DNA of 58,524 nt, taken from Chloroflexota bacterium (GTDB taxonomy: Bacteria > Chloroflexota > Limnocylindria > P2-11E). Both the position numbers and the translations under genes were made by a program. The stretch lies in NCBI GenBank assembly GCA_005889445.1, contig VBGS01000095.1, positions 1 through 58,524 on the forward strand, read 5' to 3'. Below are positions 20,040 through 28,417 of the stretch, piece after piece. Within the stretch, counting starts at the first letter, position 1. Every line of letters starts with the position of its first letter. The notes under the pieces were generated by a model that was not told where the DNA came from, made no database searches, and saw only the letters and a list, made by a program, of their open reading frames with translations.

Positions 20040-20870
20040 GTGGCTATCCGGATTGCCGCCATCGCGATCGGCGCGCTGCTTCTCGGTAGCAGCTGCGGCC
20101 CGACGGCACCTGCTCCGCGCACTCCCGATCCACTCGCGGGGACATACGTTCTCCGCGGTGGCGGTGGCGCGCTCGACGCGGTCACGGCGCTCGCCTCGGC
20201 CTTCTCGACGATCCATCCCAGCGTCCAGTTTCAAGGATTCGAGGACGTCGGGTCAGACGCGGCCGTGAAGCTCACCGCGTCCGGCGAGGCGGACCTCGGG
20301 TTCATCAGCCGCGAGCTACGCCCGGGAGAGGTATCTCAAGTGTTGACAGTGTCGATCGGCCGGTCGGGCACCGCGCTCGCCGTGAACGCGAGCAACCTTC
20401 TGCAGGGCCTCACGAAAGACCAGGTCGCCCAGATCTACACCGGTGCGATCACCGATTGGAACGACGTGGGCGGCAATGCCGGGCGGATCCGTCCGTTCCT
20501 GCGCGAGTCGGGCTCCGCGGTGCGGTCCACCTTCGAGGCCTACTTCTTTGGCGGGACGAAGCCGGTCTACGGCAAGATCGTGGCCGACGTGAACGACGCG
20601 AACGAGACGCTCAAGGCGATCTCGTCGTTCAACGGCGCGGTCGGGATGTTGAGCATGACCGCGCAGGTCTACGGCGCGCAAGGCATCCGCCTCCTCGCCA
20701 TCGACGGGATCTCGGCGACCCGAGCGAACGTCGCGAACGGGACGTACAGGGTCCTGCGTCCGCTGTATCTCGTCTACAACCCGGATCCGAGCAAGGTGAA
20801 GCCCGCCATGAAGGAGTTCCTGGACTTCGTGCGCGGTCCCGCGGGCCGCGACGTCCTCGCCGGCCTCTAG
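20040..20870 (+). CDS. PstS-family phosphate-binding protein, lipoprotein-like signal, no pstCAB nearby
   Basis: VAIRIAAIAIGALLLGSSCGP..., then ...ISRELRPGE...LTKDQVAQIYTGAITDWNDVGG...RESGSAVRSTF.... GTG 20040 has AAGGA 7 nt upstream. ATG 20010 is an alternative start. Confidence 0.7.
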   Translation: MAIRIAAIAIGALLLGSSCGPTAPAPRTPDPLAGTYVLRGGGGALDAVTALASAFSTIHPSVQFQGFEDVGSDAAVKLTASGEADLGFISRELRPGEVSQVLTVSIGRSGTALAVNASNLLQGLTKDQVAQIYTGAITDWNDVGGNAGRIRPFLRESGSAVRSTFEAYFFGGTKPVYGKIVADVNDANETLKAISSFNGAVGMLSMTAQVYGAQGIRLLAIDGISATRANVANGTYRVLRPLYLVYNPDPSKVKPAMKEFLDFVRGPAGRDVLAGL

Positions 20871-21802
20871 GCCGGGCCGAGCGCTCCCTCAGCGCGGGCG
20901 GTCATCCGCAGACCCTCAGCCAGATCCGTTCGTGGCGACCAGAGCCTGTCCCGGGCGGCCTTCGACGGGTCGACGCACCCGCGCCGAAGCTCGGCGGACC
21001 GTGGCGGCGCGCGCCGGACGCCGGGCGGCGGGCCGAGCACGGCGGTGAGGGCGCTCACGAGATCGTTGACGCTCGTCGCGACTCCGGTGCCGATGTTGTA
21101 CGTGCCCTCGTGGTCGCTGCGCAGCGCGGTCATCACCGCCTCGGCCACATCGCCGACGTAGACGTAATCACGCTGGTACCCGCCATCGCCAAAGATCGTT
21201 ATGGGCTCACGGCGCTTCCAGCACCCGATGAAGATCGCGATGACGCCTCCCTCGAGATCCCGCCGCTGCCGCGGTCCATAGATGTTCGCGAGACGCATCG
21301 TGATGGAGCGGAGCGTCGAGCGGGCGACGACGCGCTCGGCCTGCGCCTTGAATCTGCCGTAGTTCGATTGCGGATCGACGGGCACGGTCTCGTCGGCGCA
21401 GACCGGCGTTTCGCCGTAGATCGAGCCACCGGTCGAGATGTTGATGAAGTCGGTCGCGCCCATCTGTCTCGCGAGCTCGACCACGTTGTCGGTACCCTCG
21501 ACGATCACACGCCGATAGAGATCTTCCCTTTCCATCGACTCGACGACCTTCGTCTTCGCGGCGCAGTGCACGACCGCGTGGACGTGGTCTCCGGCGAGCA
21601 CGCGCCCGAGCCCGCTCATGTCCGAGATGTCGGCGACGCGCAGGTCCGCGGCCTCGTTCAGGTTCGCGCGGTCGCCCGTCGAGAGATCGTCGACGACGAG
21701 CACGCGATCGCCGCGCGCGACCAGTGCATCGACGATGTGACTTCCGAGAAATCCGGCACCGCCGGTAACGAGGACACGCAAGCCGCGACCGACTCTACTC
21801 AT
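20867..21802 (-). CDS. NAD-dependent epimerase/dehydratase (GalE-like SDR)
   Basis: VLVTGGAGFLGSHIVDAL... is the Rossmann motif, and YGRFKAQAE is the YxxxK motif. 311 aa. Confidence 0.85.
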   Translation of the reverse strand: MSRVGRGLRVLVTGGAGFLGSHIVDALVARGDRVLVVDDLSTGDRANLNEAADLRVADISDMSGLGRVLAGDHVHAVVHCAAKTKVVESMEREDLYRRVIVEGTDNVVELARQMGATDFINISTGGSIYGETPVCADETVPVDPQSNYGRFKAQAERVVARSTLRSITMRLANIYGPRQRRDLEGGVIAIFIGCWKRREPITIFGDGGYQRDYVYVGDVAEAVMTALRSDHEGTYNIGTGVATSVNDLVSALTAVLGPPPGVRRAPPRSAELRRGCVDPSKAARDRLWSPRTDLAEGLRMTARAEGALGPA

Positions 21803-21810
21803 GCGCGCGG

Positions 21811-21875
21811 TTGTCCACCGTTTGGGCCGCCGGTGGATACATGGTGGACGAATTTGGTGGAGAAGCCTGTGGACC
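21811..21875 (+). promoter_or_regulatory. cluster of five DnaA-box-like (TCCAC/GTGGA core) sites
   Basis: TTGTCCACC (21811-19), GGTGGATAC (21832-40), TGGTGGACG (21842-50), GGTGGAGAA (21856-64), CTGTGGACC (21867-75). The last four share one orientation and are spaced 10-14 bp apart. Confidence 0.45.
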
Positions 21876-21967
21876 TCGGTGCGGCGACGGAGGACCCTTT
21901 GCTACCGCCGACGTTCCGCTCGCTCCGCTTCCCAGGTGTGTTTGCCGGAGGTTTTGGTTGCGCCTGC

Positions 21968-21996
21968 TTGTCCGCATCGAACGTATGTTCGATACT
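21968..21996 (+). promoter_or_regulatory. candidate dnaB promoter with embedded LexA (SOS/Cheo) box
   Basis: TTGTCC (21968-73), 17 nt, GATACT (21991-96). The spacer holds TCGAACGTATGTTCGA (21977-21992), a perfect TCGAAC-N4-GTTCGA. The dnaB ATG is at 22005. Confidence 0.6.
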
Positions 21997-22004
21997 CTGT
22001 GTAG

Positions 22005-24587
22005 ATGACGCTCGAGACCCGGACCAACCGTCAGGTCCCGTTCGACGAGGGCGCCGAGCAGCAGGTGCTGGGAAGCCTGCTGTCGGATCGCGATGCGATC
22101 TTCAAAGTGGCGGATCTCCTCGGGGTCCAGGACTTCTACGTCCCGCGACATCAGCGCGTGTACGCAGCGGTGCAGGCGCTCCTCGAGCGGCGCGAGCGGA
22201 TCGATCCGCTCACCATCCAGGTCGAGCTGGCTCGCCGCGAGGAACTCGATCGCGTCGGCGGCGCGGCATTCCTGCGCGCGCTCACCGATGCCGTCCCGAC
22301 CGCGGTCGAGATCGAGCGGCACGCCCACGTCGTCCGCGACCGCGCGATCCTTCGCAGGCTGCTCGGCGCGGCGACCGCGATCGCCGCCGACGCCTACGAC
22401 GAGCCGACTGACATCCCGCTCGCCCTCGACCGGGCCGAGCAGCGCCTGTTCGCGCTCCGTGATGAATCCGCCAAAACGCAGCTCCGGCATATCACGGCGT
22501 CGCTCCAGACGAACTACGAGCACCTCACCGAGCGTATGGAGCGTCCCTTCGAGCTCTCGGGGATCCCCTCCGGCTTCAAGGAGGTCGACTACTACACGGA
22601 GGGCTTCACGACGGGGGACCTGATCGTCATCGCGGCGCGCCCGTCGGTCGGAAAGACGAGCCTCGCGCTGGGTATGACCTACAACATCGCGCGGCGCGGA
22701 CACCCGGTCCTGCTTTTTTCGCTTGAGATGGACACCAAGCAGATCGTCGCGCGCTTCCTCGCGCTCAACTCGCGAATGGATCTGCTCGCGATGCGGACCG
22801 GGAACATCATCGACACCGACGCCGCGGCGGCACTGCACGGCCTGCCGATCCTCATCGACGACACGCCCGGCATCTCGATCATGGAGCTGCGCACGAAGGC
22901 GCGCCGCGCGAGCACGCACGAGAAGATCGAGGTCATCGTCGTCGATTACCTCCAGCTCGTGCGAACCGGCGGTGAGGAAGAGAACCGCGTTCAGGAGATC
23001 GCGGCGATCACTCGCAATCTCAAATCACTCGCGCGCGAGTTGAACGTGGTCATCATCGGTCTGTCGCAGCTCTCGCGGGCCGCGGGCGATTCTGGAGGCG
23101 AACCGAAGCTCTCGACACTCCGCGAATGCGTAACGGCGGAAACGATCGTGTGCCTCGCAGACGGAAGGCGAATTCCCGTCTCTGAACTTGTGGGAACAAG
23201 GCCAGTGGTGTGGTCGCTCCGGAATGACCGCCTCGTCACGGCGGAGGCGGAGGCTGTCTTCGTCGTCGGGAGCAAGCCCGTTTACAAGGTCCGATTGGCG
23301 AGCGGACGGTCGATCCGCGCAACGGCCGAGCATCGCCTTCGCGGATTCGATCGGTGGCAAACCGTCGCGGAACTCAAGAGCGGTGACCGGCTCGCGATCG
23401 TCAGAAGGCTCCCGGAGCCCAATTCGACCGTCGAATGGCGCGACCCGAAGATCGGCTTTCTTGGTCAGATGATCGGCGACGGTAGCTACCTGAAGAGCGC
23501 TCCGATGCGCTACACGACGAGCTCTGAAGCAAACAGTCGCTTTGTGGCCGAAACCGCGATCGACGAGATTGGAGCCCGAGTGAAGCGATATCCGGATGTG
23601 GGCAACTGGCATCAGCTCCTAATCAGTGGAAACGGCAATCGCTGGCATCCCGCCGGTGTCAACCAATGGTTCCGACAGCTGGGGATTTTCGGACAGCGTT
23701 CGCATCAGAAGCGGGTTCCTCGCGATGCATTCGCCTTGTCAAACGAGCAGTTGAAGACGCTTCTGCGACATCTCTGGGCAACGGACGGGTCGATCAGCAT
23801 TCGCACCGGTCTTGGTGGACATGGCATGTACTACGCGACCAACAGCCCGGGGTTGGCGGCTGATGTCGCCGCCCTCCTTCTGCGATTGGAGATCGTGACC
23901 CGAACGATACGCACTGTTGAAACGCCGTACCTCCCGGGCTATCAAGTCCACATTTCGGGCACCGAGGCCCAGAGACGTTTCGTCGAGTCGGTGGGTGCGT
24001 TTGGGCCGCGGACTGAACCTGCCACCGCATTCATGGCCGTCACGGCGAACACCATTCCCAACACGAACGTCGACACGGTTCCGCGCGAGGTATTCGATGT
24101 GGTGCGCGCCCGCATGAAGCAACGACTGATCACGACGCGAGAAATGGCGCGCCTTCGTGGCACCTCGTACGGCGGATCAGGACACTTCAGCTTCTCGCCG
24201 TCACGACCGCATCTCGCCAGCTACGCGGAGCTTCTCGAGGACGACGAGCTCATGGCCCATGCGACCAATGATCTGTTCTGGGACGAGGTCATCGAGGTTG
24301 CGCCCGACGGCGAGGAGCTCGTCTATGACTTGACCGTTCCTGAGACCGAGTGCTGGCTTGCGGACGGGATCGTGAGTCACAACTCTGGCGCCCTCGAGCA
24401 AGATGCGGACATCGTGATGATGCTCTGGCGCGAAAAGGACGAGACCCCTCCCGGCGCGCCGCGGCTCATCAATGGCAGCGTCGCGAAGAACCGGAACGGA
24501 CCGACCGGGATCTTCCAGCTCCTGTTCGAGAGTGAGCAAGCCAAGTTCTTCTCGAAGGCACCCGAAGACAGCGGAGCGCCGGTATGA
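22005..24587 (+). CDS. dnaB: replicative DNA helicase DnaB, interrupted by an intein
   Basis: N-terminal domain ...VPFDEGAEQQVLGSLL..., Walker A ARPSVGKTSLAL, Walker B VVDYLQL, SQLSR, then ...KLSTLRE | intein | SGALEQDADIVMMLWRE...NRNGPTG. The extein is 441 aa. Confidence 0.9.
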   Translation: MTLETRTNRQVPFDEGAEQQVLGSLLSDRDAIFKVADLLGVQDFYVPRHQRVYAAVQALLERRERIDPLTIQVELARREELDRVGGAAFLRALTDAVPTAVEIERHAHVVRDRAILRRLLGAATAIAADAYDEPTDIPLALDRAEQRLFALRDESAKTQLRHITASLQTNYEHLTERMERPFELSGIPSGFKEVDYYTEGFTTGDLIVIAARPSVGKTSLALGMTYNIARRGHPVLLFSLEMDTKQIVARFLALNSRMDLLAMRTGNIIDTDAAAALHGLPILIDDTPGISIMELRTKARRASTHEKIEVIVVDYLQLVRTGGEEENRVQEIAAITRNLKSLARELNVVIIGLSQLSRAAGDSGGEPKLSTLRECVTAETIVCLADGRRIPVSELVGTRPVVWSLRNDRLVTAEAEAVFVVGSKPVYKVRLASGRSIRATAEHRLRGFDRWQTVAELKSGDRLAIVRRLPEPNSTVEWRDPKIGFLGQMIGDGSYLKSAPMRYTTSSEANSRFVAETAIDEIGARVKRYPDVGNWHQLLISGNGNRWHPAGVNQWFRQLGIFGQRSHQKRVPRDAFALSNEQLKTLLRHLWATDGSISIRTGLGGHGMYYATNSPGLAADVAALLLRLEIVTRTIRTVETPYLPGYQVHISGTEAQRRFVESVGAFGPRTEPATAFMAVTANTIPNTNVDTVPREVFDVVRARMKQRLITTREMARLRGTSYGGSGHFSFSPSRPHLASYAELLEDDELMAHATNDLFWDEVIEVAPDGEELVYDLTVPETECWLADGIVSHNSGALEQDADIVMMLWREKDETPPGAPRLINGSVAKNRNGPTGIFQLLFESEQAKFFSKAPEDSGAPV
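23127..24383 (+). mobile_element. DnaB intein (419 aa) with LAGLIDADG homing-endonuclease domain
   Basis: Starts with Cys (CVTAETIVCLADG). Block B is ATAEHRL. LAGLIDADG-like motifs are FLGQMIGDGSY and LLRHLWATDGSI. Blocks F and G are LVYDLTVPETECWLADGIVSHN, followed by the +1 Ser. Confidence 0.85.
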
Positions 24588-25912
24588 CGATCGCCGTCGA
24601 TCGCGGCGTCAAGCCACCGCCGGAAAAACCCGAGGCGGAGGCTTCGCTCCTGGGCGCGATGCTCATGGACGGCACGATCTACAACGAGGTAGCGCGTGGG
24701 CGCCTCGCGCCGGCGGATCTCTCCCGCGAGCAGCATCGCATCGTCCTCGGGGCGATCGCGCGCGTCGCGGATCGCAGCGAGCATGTCGGGTTCGCGACCG
24801 TGCAGGCCGAGCTCGCCGCGCGCGACGAGCTCGACGCGGTCGGCGGTCCGCAGTTCCTCGTCGGCCTCATGCAGTCCGTTCCGACGGTCGCGCACGCCGC
24901 CAGCTACGCGGCGATCGTCGAGCGGACGGCGCTGCTGCGACGGCTCATCGGCGTCGCGAACGAGATCGCACGCCTCGCGCTCACACGCGACGAGGCGAGC
25001 GCCGCGGTCGCCGACGCGCAGGAGCTGCTCTTCGCCGTGAGCGAAACGACGCTGCACCGCGACATCGTCTCGCTCGAGGTCGCGCTCCACCGCTACGCGG
25101 AGCAGATCGACCAGCGCGGCGATCAGCGCATCGGGATCAAGTCCGGGCTCGATTCGGTCGACAAACGGACCGGCGGGCTGCAGCCCTCCGACCTCATCCT
25201 CATCGCCGGTCGTCCCGGCCTGGGCAAGACGAGCTTCGCGCTCAACATCGTCGAGCATGCCGCGATCGTCGAGCGGAAGACATGCGCCTTCTTCTCGATG
25301 GAGATGAGCGAGATGCAGGTCGTGCAGCGTCTTGTGTCGATGCTCGCCGAGATCGATGGGAACCGCATGCGGCGCGGGCGCCTTTCGACGCAGGAGTTCG
25401 TCGCGATCTCGGCCGCGTCCAGCCAGCTGCAGCAGGCGCCGATCTACGTCGAGGAGTCCAACCGGCTCACGGTCACGGACATCCTCGCGAAGTCGCGGCG
25501 CCTTCAGGCCGAGCGTGGGCTCGACTTGGTCGTCATCGACTATCTGCAGCTCATCGAAGGCGTCGAGCAGGACGAGAGCCGCGTCCTCGAGGTCGCCCGG
25601 ATCAGCCGGGCGCTCAAGGCGATCGCCCGCGAGCTCGAGGTGCCGGTGGTCGCGCTCTCGCAGCTCTCGCGGCAGATCGAGCAGCGCGGGACCGAGCCGA
25701 TGCTCTCAGATCTTCGCGAAAGTGGCGCTCTCGAAGCCGACGCAGATCTCGTGATGTTCCTCTGGCAGAAGGACCGCAAGGACCGCGAAGAGGGCGTGGT
25801 GCGGCTCAAGCTCGCGAAACACCGCAACGGCCCAACCGGCGACTTCGATCTTCATTTCCAGTCCGAGCTCACGCGGTTCCGCGATCTCGGGGAGACGCGC
25901 GAAGGCGCCTAG
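24584..25912 (+). CDS. dnaB: second DnaB-family replicative helicase, no intein
   Basis: ATGA overlap with the stop of the first copy. ...PEAEASLLGAML..., GRPGLGKTSFAL, VVIDYLQL, SQLSRQIEQR, and an uninterrupted PMLSDLRESGALEADADLVMFLW...HRNGPTG. Confidence 0.9.
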   Translation: MTIAVDRGVKPPPEKPEAEASLLGAMLMDGTIYNEVARGRLAPADLSREQHRIVLGAIARVADRSEHVGFATVQAELAARDELDAVGGPQFLVGLMQSVPTVAHAASYAAIVERTALLRRLIGVANEIARLALTRDEASAAVADAQELLFAVSETTLHRDIVSLEVALHRYAEQIDQRGDQRIGIKSGLDSVDKRTGGLQPSDLILIAGRPGLGKTSFALNIVEHAAIVERKTCAFFSMEMSEMQVVQRLVSMLAEIDGNRMRRGRLSTQEFVAISAASSQLQQAPIYVEESNRLTVTDILAKSRRLQAERGLDLVVIDYLQLIEGVEQDESRVLEVARISRALKAIARELEVPVVALSQLSRQIEQRGTEPMLSDLRESGALEADADLVMFLWQKDRKDREEGVVRLKLAKHRNGPTGDFDLHFQSELTRFRDLGETREGA

Positions 25913-25915
25913 CCG

Positions 25916-26362
25916 CTACGCCGGCTCGATCGCGACGGTCACGTTGGCGCGTACATCCGGCGCCAGACGCACTTCGACGGTGTGCACGCCGAGCGTCTTC
26001 AGCGGCTCGTGAAGGGTGATCTTCGTCTTGTCGATCGGTGACCTTGCTTCCTTTGTGAGCGCGTCGGCGATCTCCTTCGTCGTCACGCTGCCGAAGGTCT
26101 TCCCCTGGTCCCCTGCCTTGAGCTTGAACACGAGCGTGACCCCACCGAGCCGCTTCGCGAGCTCCTCCGCATCGCCGTGCGCGCGGTCCTTCTTGACCTT
26201 CTCTGCCTGACGCTCCTGGGCGAGATGCTTGAGCTCGCCGCCGGTGGCCTCGATCGCCAGGCCCTTCGGCAGGAGGTAGTTGCGCGCGAACCCGTCGGCG
26301 ACGTCCTTCACGTCGCCAGGACGGCCGAGACCCCGGACTTCGGATTTGAGGATGACGCGCAT
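25916..26362 (-). CDS. rplI: 50S ribosomal protein L9
   Basis: MRVILKSEVRGLGRPGDVKDVADGFARNYLLPKGLA... 148 aa. Its stop is 3 nt from the dnaB2 stop, and the two genes converge. Confidence 0.9.
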   Translation of the reverse strand: MRVILKSEVRGLGRPGDVKDVADGFARNYLLPKGLAIEATGGELKHLAQERQAEKVKKDRAHGDAEELAKRLGGVTLVFKLKAGDQGKTFGSVTTKEIADALTKEARSPIDKTKITLHEPLKTLGVHTVEVRLAPDVRANVTVAIEPA

Positions 26363-26377
26363 GCCGGTTGCGGCGGC

Positions 26378-26557
26378 TTAGGAGGGCGAGGACGCCTCGT
26401 CGAGTGAGGTCTCCTGCTCGCTCCGCCGCAGCTCCATCTCCCACGCCAGGACGGATGCGGCCACGGCGAGGACACCCATCACCGTGAGTGCGCCGACGAT
26501 GGCGAGCAGCGCCTCGACGACGCCGAAGAAGCCGGGCCCCGAGTCACGGTCGCTCAT
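26378..26557 (-). CDS. small single-pass membrane protein (59 aa)
   Basis: Below the ORF-track size cutoff. MSDRDSGPGFFGVVEALLAIVGALTVMGVLAVAASVLAWEMELRRSEQE.... The ATG forms an ATGA overlap with the upstream DUF1232 gene stop. Confidence 0.4.
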   Translation of the reverse strand: MSDRDSGPGFFGVVEALLAIVGALTVMGVLAVAASVLAWEMELRRSEQETSLDEASSPS

Positions 26558-26976
26558 GCGCTCCCCTTTCCGCGATCCCTTTGGAGGACCTTTTCCAGAG
26601 TAGCGCGGACGTCCGCGACCCTGCCCCCCAGGATCCGCTCGGCGGTCGCGATATCGCGCGACAGCTGATCCTTGTCCTGCGTGATGCGCGCGAGGTGCTC
26701 GTCGACGATCGCCGGCGGCGCGCTGCGGATGAAGAGGTCGAGCCCGAGGAGGACCACCGCGATGTCGTCGAGCTGCCCGAGCACCGGGACGAAGTCCGGG
26801 ATCAGGTCGATGGGCAGCACGATGTAGCCGGCGATCCCGACGAGGATCAGCTTCTGCGCGGCGGGCACGCGTCCGTCCCGGAGCAGCGCCCAGACAAGGC
26901 GGATGTAGGTCGGCAGGCGGCGCATCAGGTCGACCGCCTCGGTGAGGTCTTTCGGCGCCCGCAAACGCCTAGCCAT
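26554..26976 (-). CDS. DUF1232 (YkvA-like) membrane protein
   Basis: MARRLRAPKDL...AAQKLILVGIAGYIVLPIDLIPDFVPVLGQLDDIAVVLLGL. ATG 26976 overlaps the MscS stop by 8 nt. Confidence 0.7.
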   Translation of the reverse strand: MARRLRAPKDLTEAVDLMRRLPTYIRLVWALLRDGRVPAAQKLILVGIAGYIVLPIDLIPDFVPVLGQLDDIAVVLLGLDLFIRSAPPAIVDEHLARITQDKDQLSRDIATAERILGGRVADVRATLEKVLQRDRGKGSA

Positions 26977-27769
26977 GCACTTCCCCCTGCGGGAACCGTG
27001 CCCGCAGCGCCGCGAGCGCCTTCGCGAGCGCGGTCTCGCGGTCGGCCGCCCAGAACGAGACGAGGTACTGCGCCTTGCCGTCCTGCACGCTGCGGAGTTC
27101 GGCGCGGGCCGGGGGCTCGGGCGAGATGCCGTCGGTCTTCGCGAGGCTCGCGCGGATTTCGTCGGCGGTGATCGCCGGAGCGTCCGCGGGCAGCGCAAGC
27201 CATGCATCCACCCGGCGGGTCGGGAAGCGCGTCGTGTTCACGACCGCCGAGGTCATGAACGTGCCATTGGGGACGATGACCTGCCGACCGTCATCGGTCC
27301 GCATCTGCGTCGTGCGGAACGAGATGTCCTCGACGGTGCCCGAGAAGCCCGACACTTCGATGACATCGCCGATGTTGAACGGGCGCTCGACGAGGACCCA
27401 GGCCCCTGCGAAAAAGTTCTTCAGGATGTCCTGCAGCGAAAGACCGATGACGATCGCGACCGCGCTGAATGACCCAAGGATCCAGCCGAACGCGTCGCGG
27501 GTGTAGATCGCGACGATCCCGAGCGCCCCGATCGTGATCACGGCGATCTGTGCGACGTTGCCGATGAGGATGGTCGCGTTCCCGTAAGCGCGGTGTCGCG
27601 CAAGGGTCCGCATCGTCGCCCCGCGGATGGCGCGCGCCACGAGAAGCGTGACTGCGGCGATGACCAGGGCCCAAAAGGTCCGGGCTCCGTAGTCGAGCAG
27701 GTTCTCCCGGACGACCGCCGGGTCGAGGGGCACGGCGCGAGAATACGGGGCCGCTTGACAACTGAACAT
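26969..27769 (-). CDS. MscS-family mechanosensitive channel
   Basis: ...LQDILKNFFAGAWVLVERPFNIGDVIEVSGFSGTVEDISFRTTQMRTDDGRQVIVPNG.... The start is uncertain: ATG 27769 lies inside the lexA operator, and GTG 27733 is an alternative. Confidence 0.75.
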   Translation of the reverse strand: MFSCQAAPYSRAVPLDPAVVRENLLDYGARTFWALVIAAVTLLVARAIRGATMRTLARHRAYGNATILIGNVAQIAVITIGALGIVAIYTRDAFGWILGSFSAVAIVIGLSLQDILKNFFAGAWVLVERPFNIGDVIEVSGFSGTVEDISFRTTQMRTDDGRQVIVPNGTFMTSAVVNTTRFPTRRVDAWLALPADAPAITADEIRASLAKTDGISPEPPARAELRSVQDGKAQYLVSFWAADRETALAKALAALRARFPQGEVHG

Positions 27770-27784
27770 CTGTTCGGTTAGCCT
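27755..27784 (+). promoter_or_regulatory. lexA promoter with LexA box
   Basis: TTGACA (27755-60), then GAACATCTGTTC (27764-75) in the spacer, then TAGCCT (27779-84). The lexA GTG is at 27794, only ~10 nt downstream of the -10. Confidence 0.7.
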
Positions 27785-27793
27785 CTGACGAGC

Positions 27794-28405
27794 GTGACCA
27801 AGCAGGACCAGCAGCGGGCGGAAAAGATCCTGGCCTTCATCCGCGAGGCGGTCGCCGAGCGGGGGTATCCCCCGAGCGTCCGCGAGATCGCGGAGGCGGT
27901 CGGGCTGGCCTCCACGTCCGCCGTGCACCACCACCTCACCAAGCTCGAGAAGGAAGGCCGCCTGACCAAGGAGGCCACCAGGTCGCGGGCGCTCAGCCTC
28001 CCCGGTTCACTTGGCACAAAGGTCGTGCAGGCGCCGATCGTCGGGGAGATCGCGGCCGGCCAGCCGATCCATGCCTACGAGGACCGCTCCGAGACGATCA
28101 CCCTTCCCAGCGAGCTGTCCGCGTCGCGGGGCCGCGAGACGTTCGTGCTTCGCGTTCGCGGCAAGTCGATGATCGAGGACCACATCGACGACGGCGACTT
28201 TGTCGTCGTGCAAGAGCAGAACACCGCGCGGGACGGCGACATCGTCGTGGCGCTCCTGGAGGACAACGTGGCCACCCTCAAGCGCTTCTACAAGGAGCGC
28301 GATCGGGTGCGGCTGCAGCCGGCGAACGGCACGATGTCGCCCATCTACGCGCGCGATGTCCAGATCCAGGGAAAAGTGATAGGCGTCATCCGACGCCTCG
28401 CCTAA
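27794..28405 (+). CDS. lexA: LexA repressor
   Basis: ...GYPPSVREIAEAVGLASTSAVHHHLTKLEKEG... is the wHTH. The Ala-Gly cleavage site is in VGEIAAGQPI, and GKSM / ATLKRF supply the Ser-Lys dyad. Confidence 0.95.
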   Translation: MTKQDQQRAEKILAFIREAVAERGYPPSVREIAEAVGLASTSAVHHHLTKLEKEGRLTKEATRSRALSLPGSLGTKVVQAPIVGEIAAGQPIHAYEDRSETITLPSELSASRGRETFVLRVRGKSMIEDHIDDGDFVVVQEQNTARDGDIVVALLEDNVATLKRFYKERDRVRLQPANGTMSPIYARDVQIQGKVIGVIRRLA

Positions 28406-28417
28406 CCTCCACGCACC

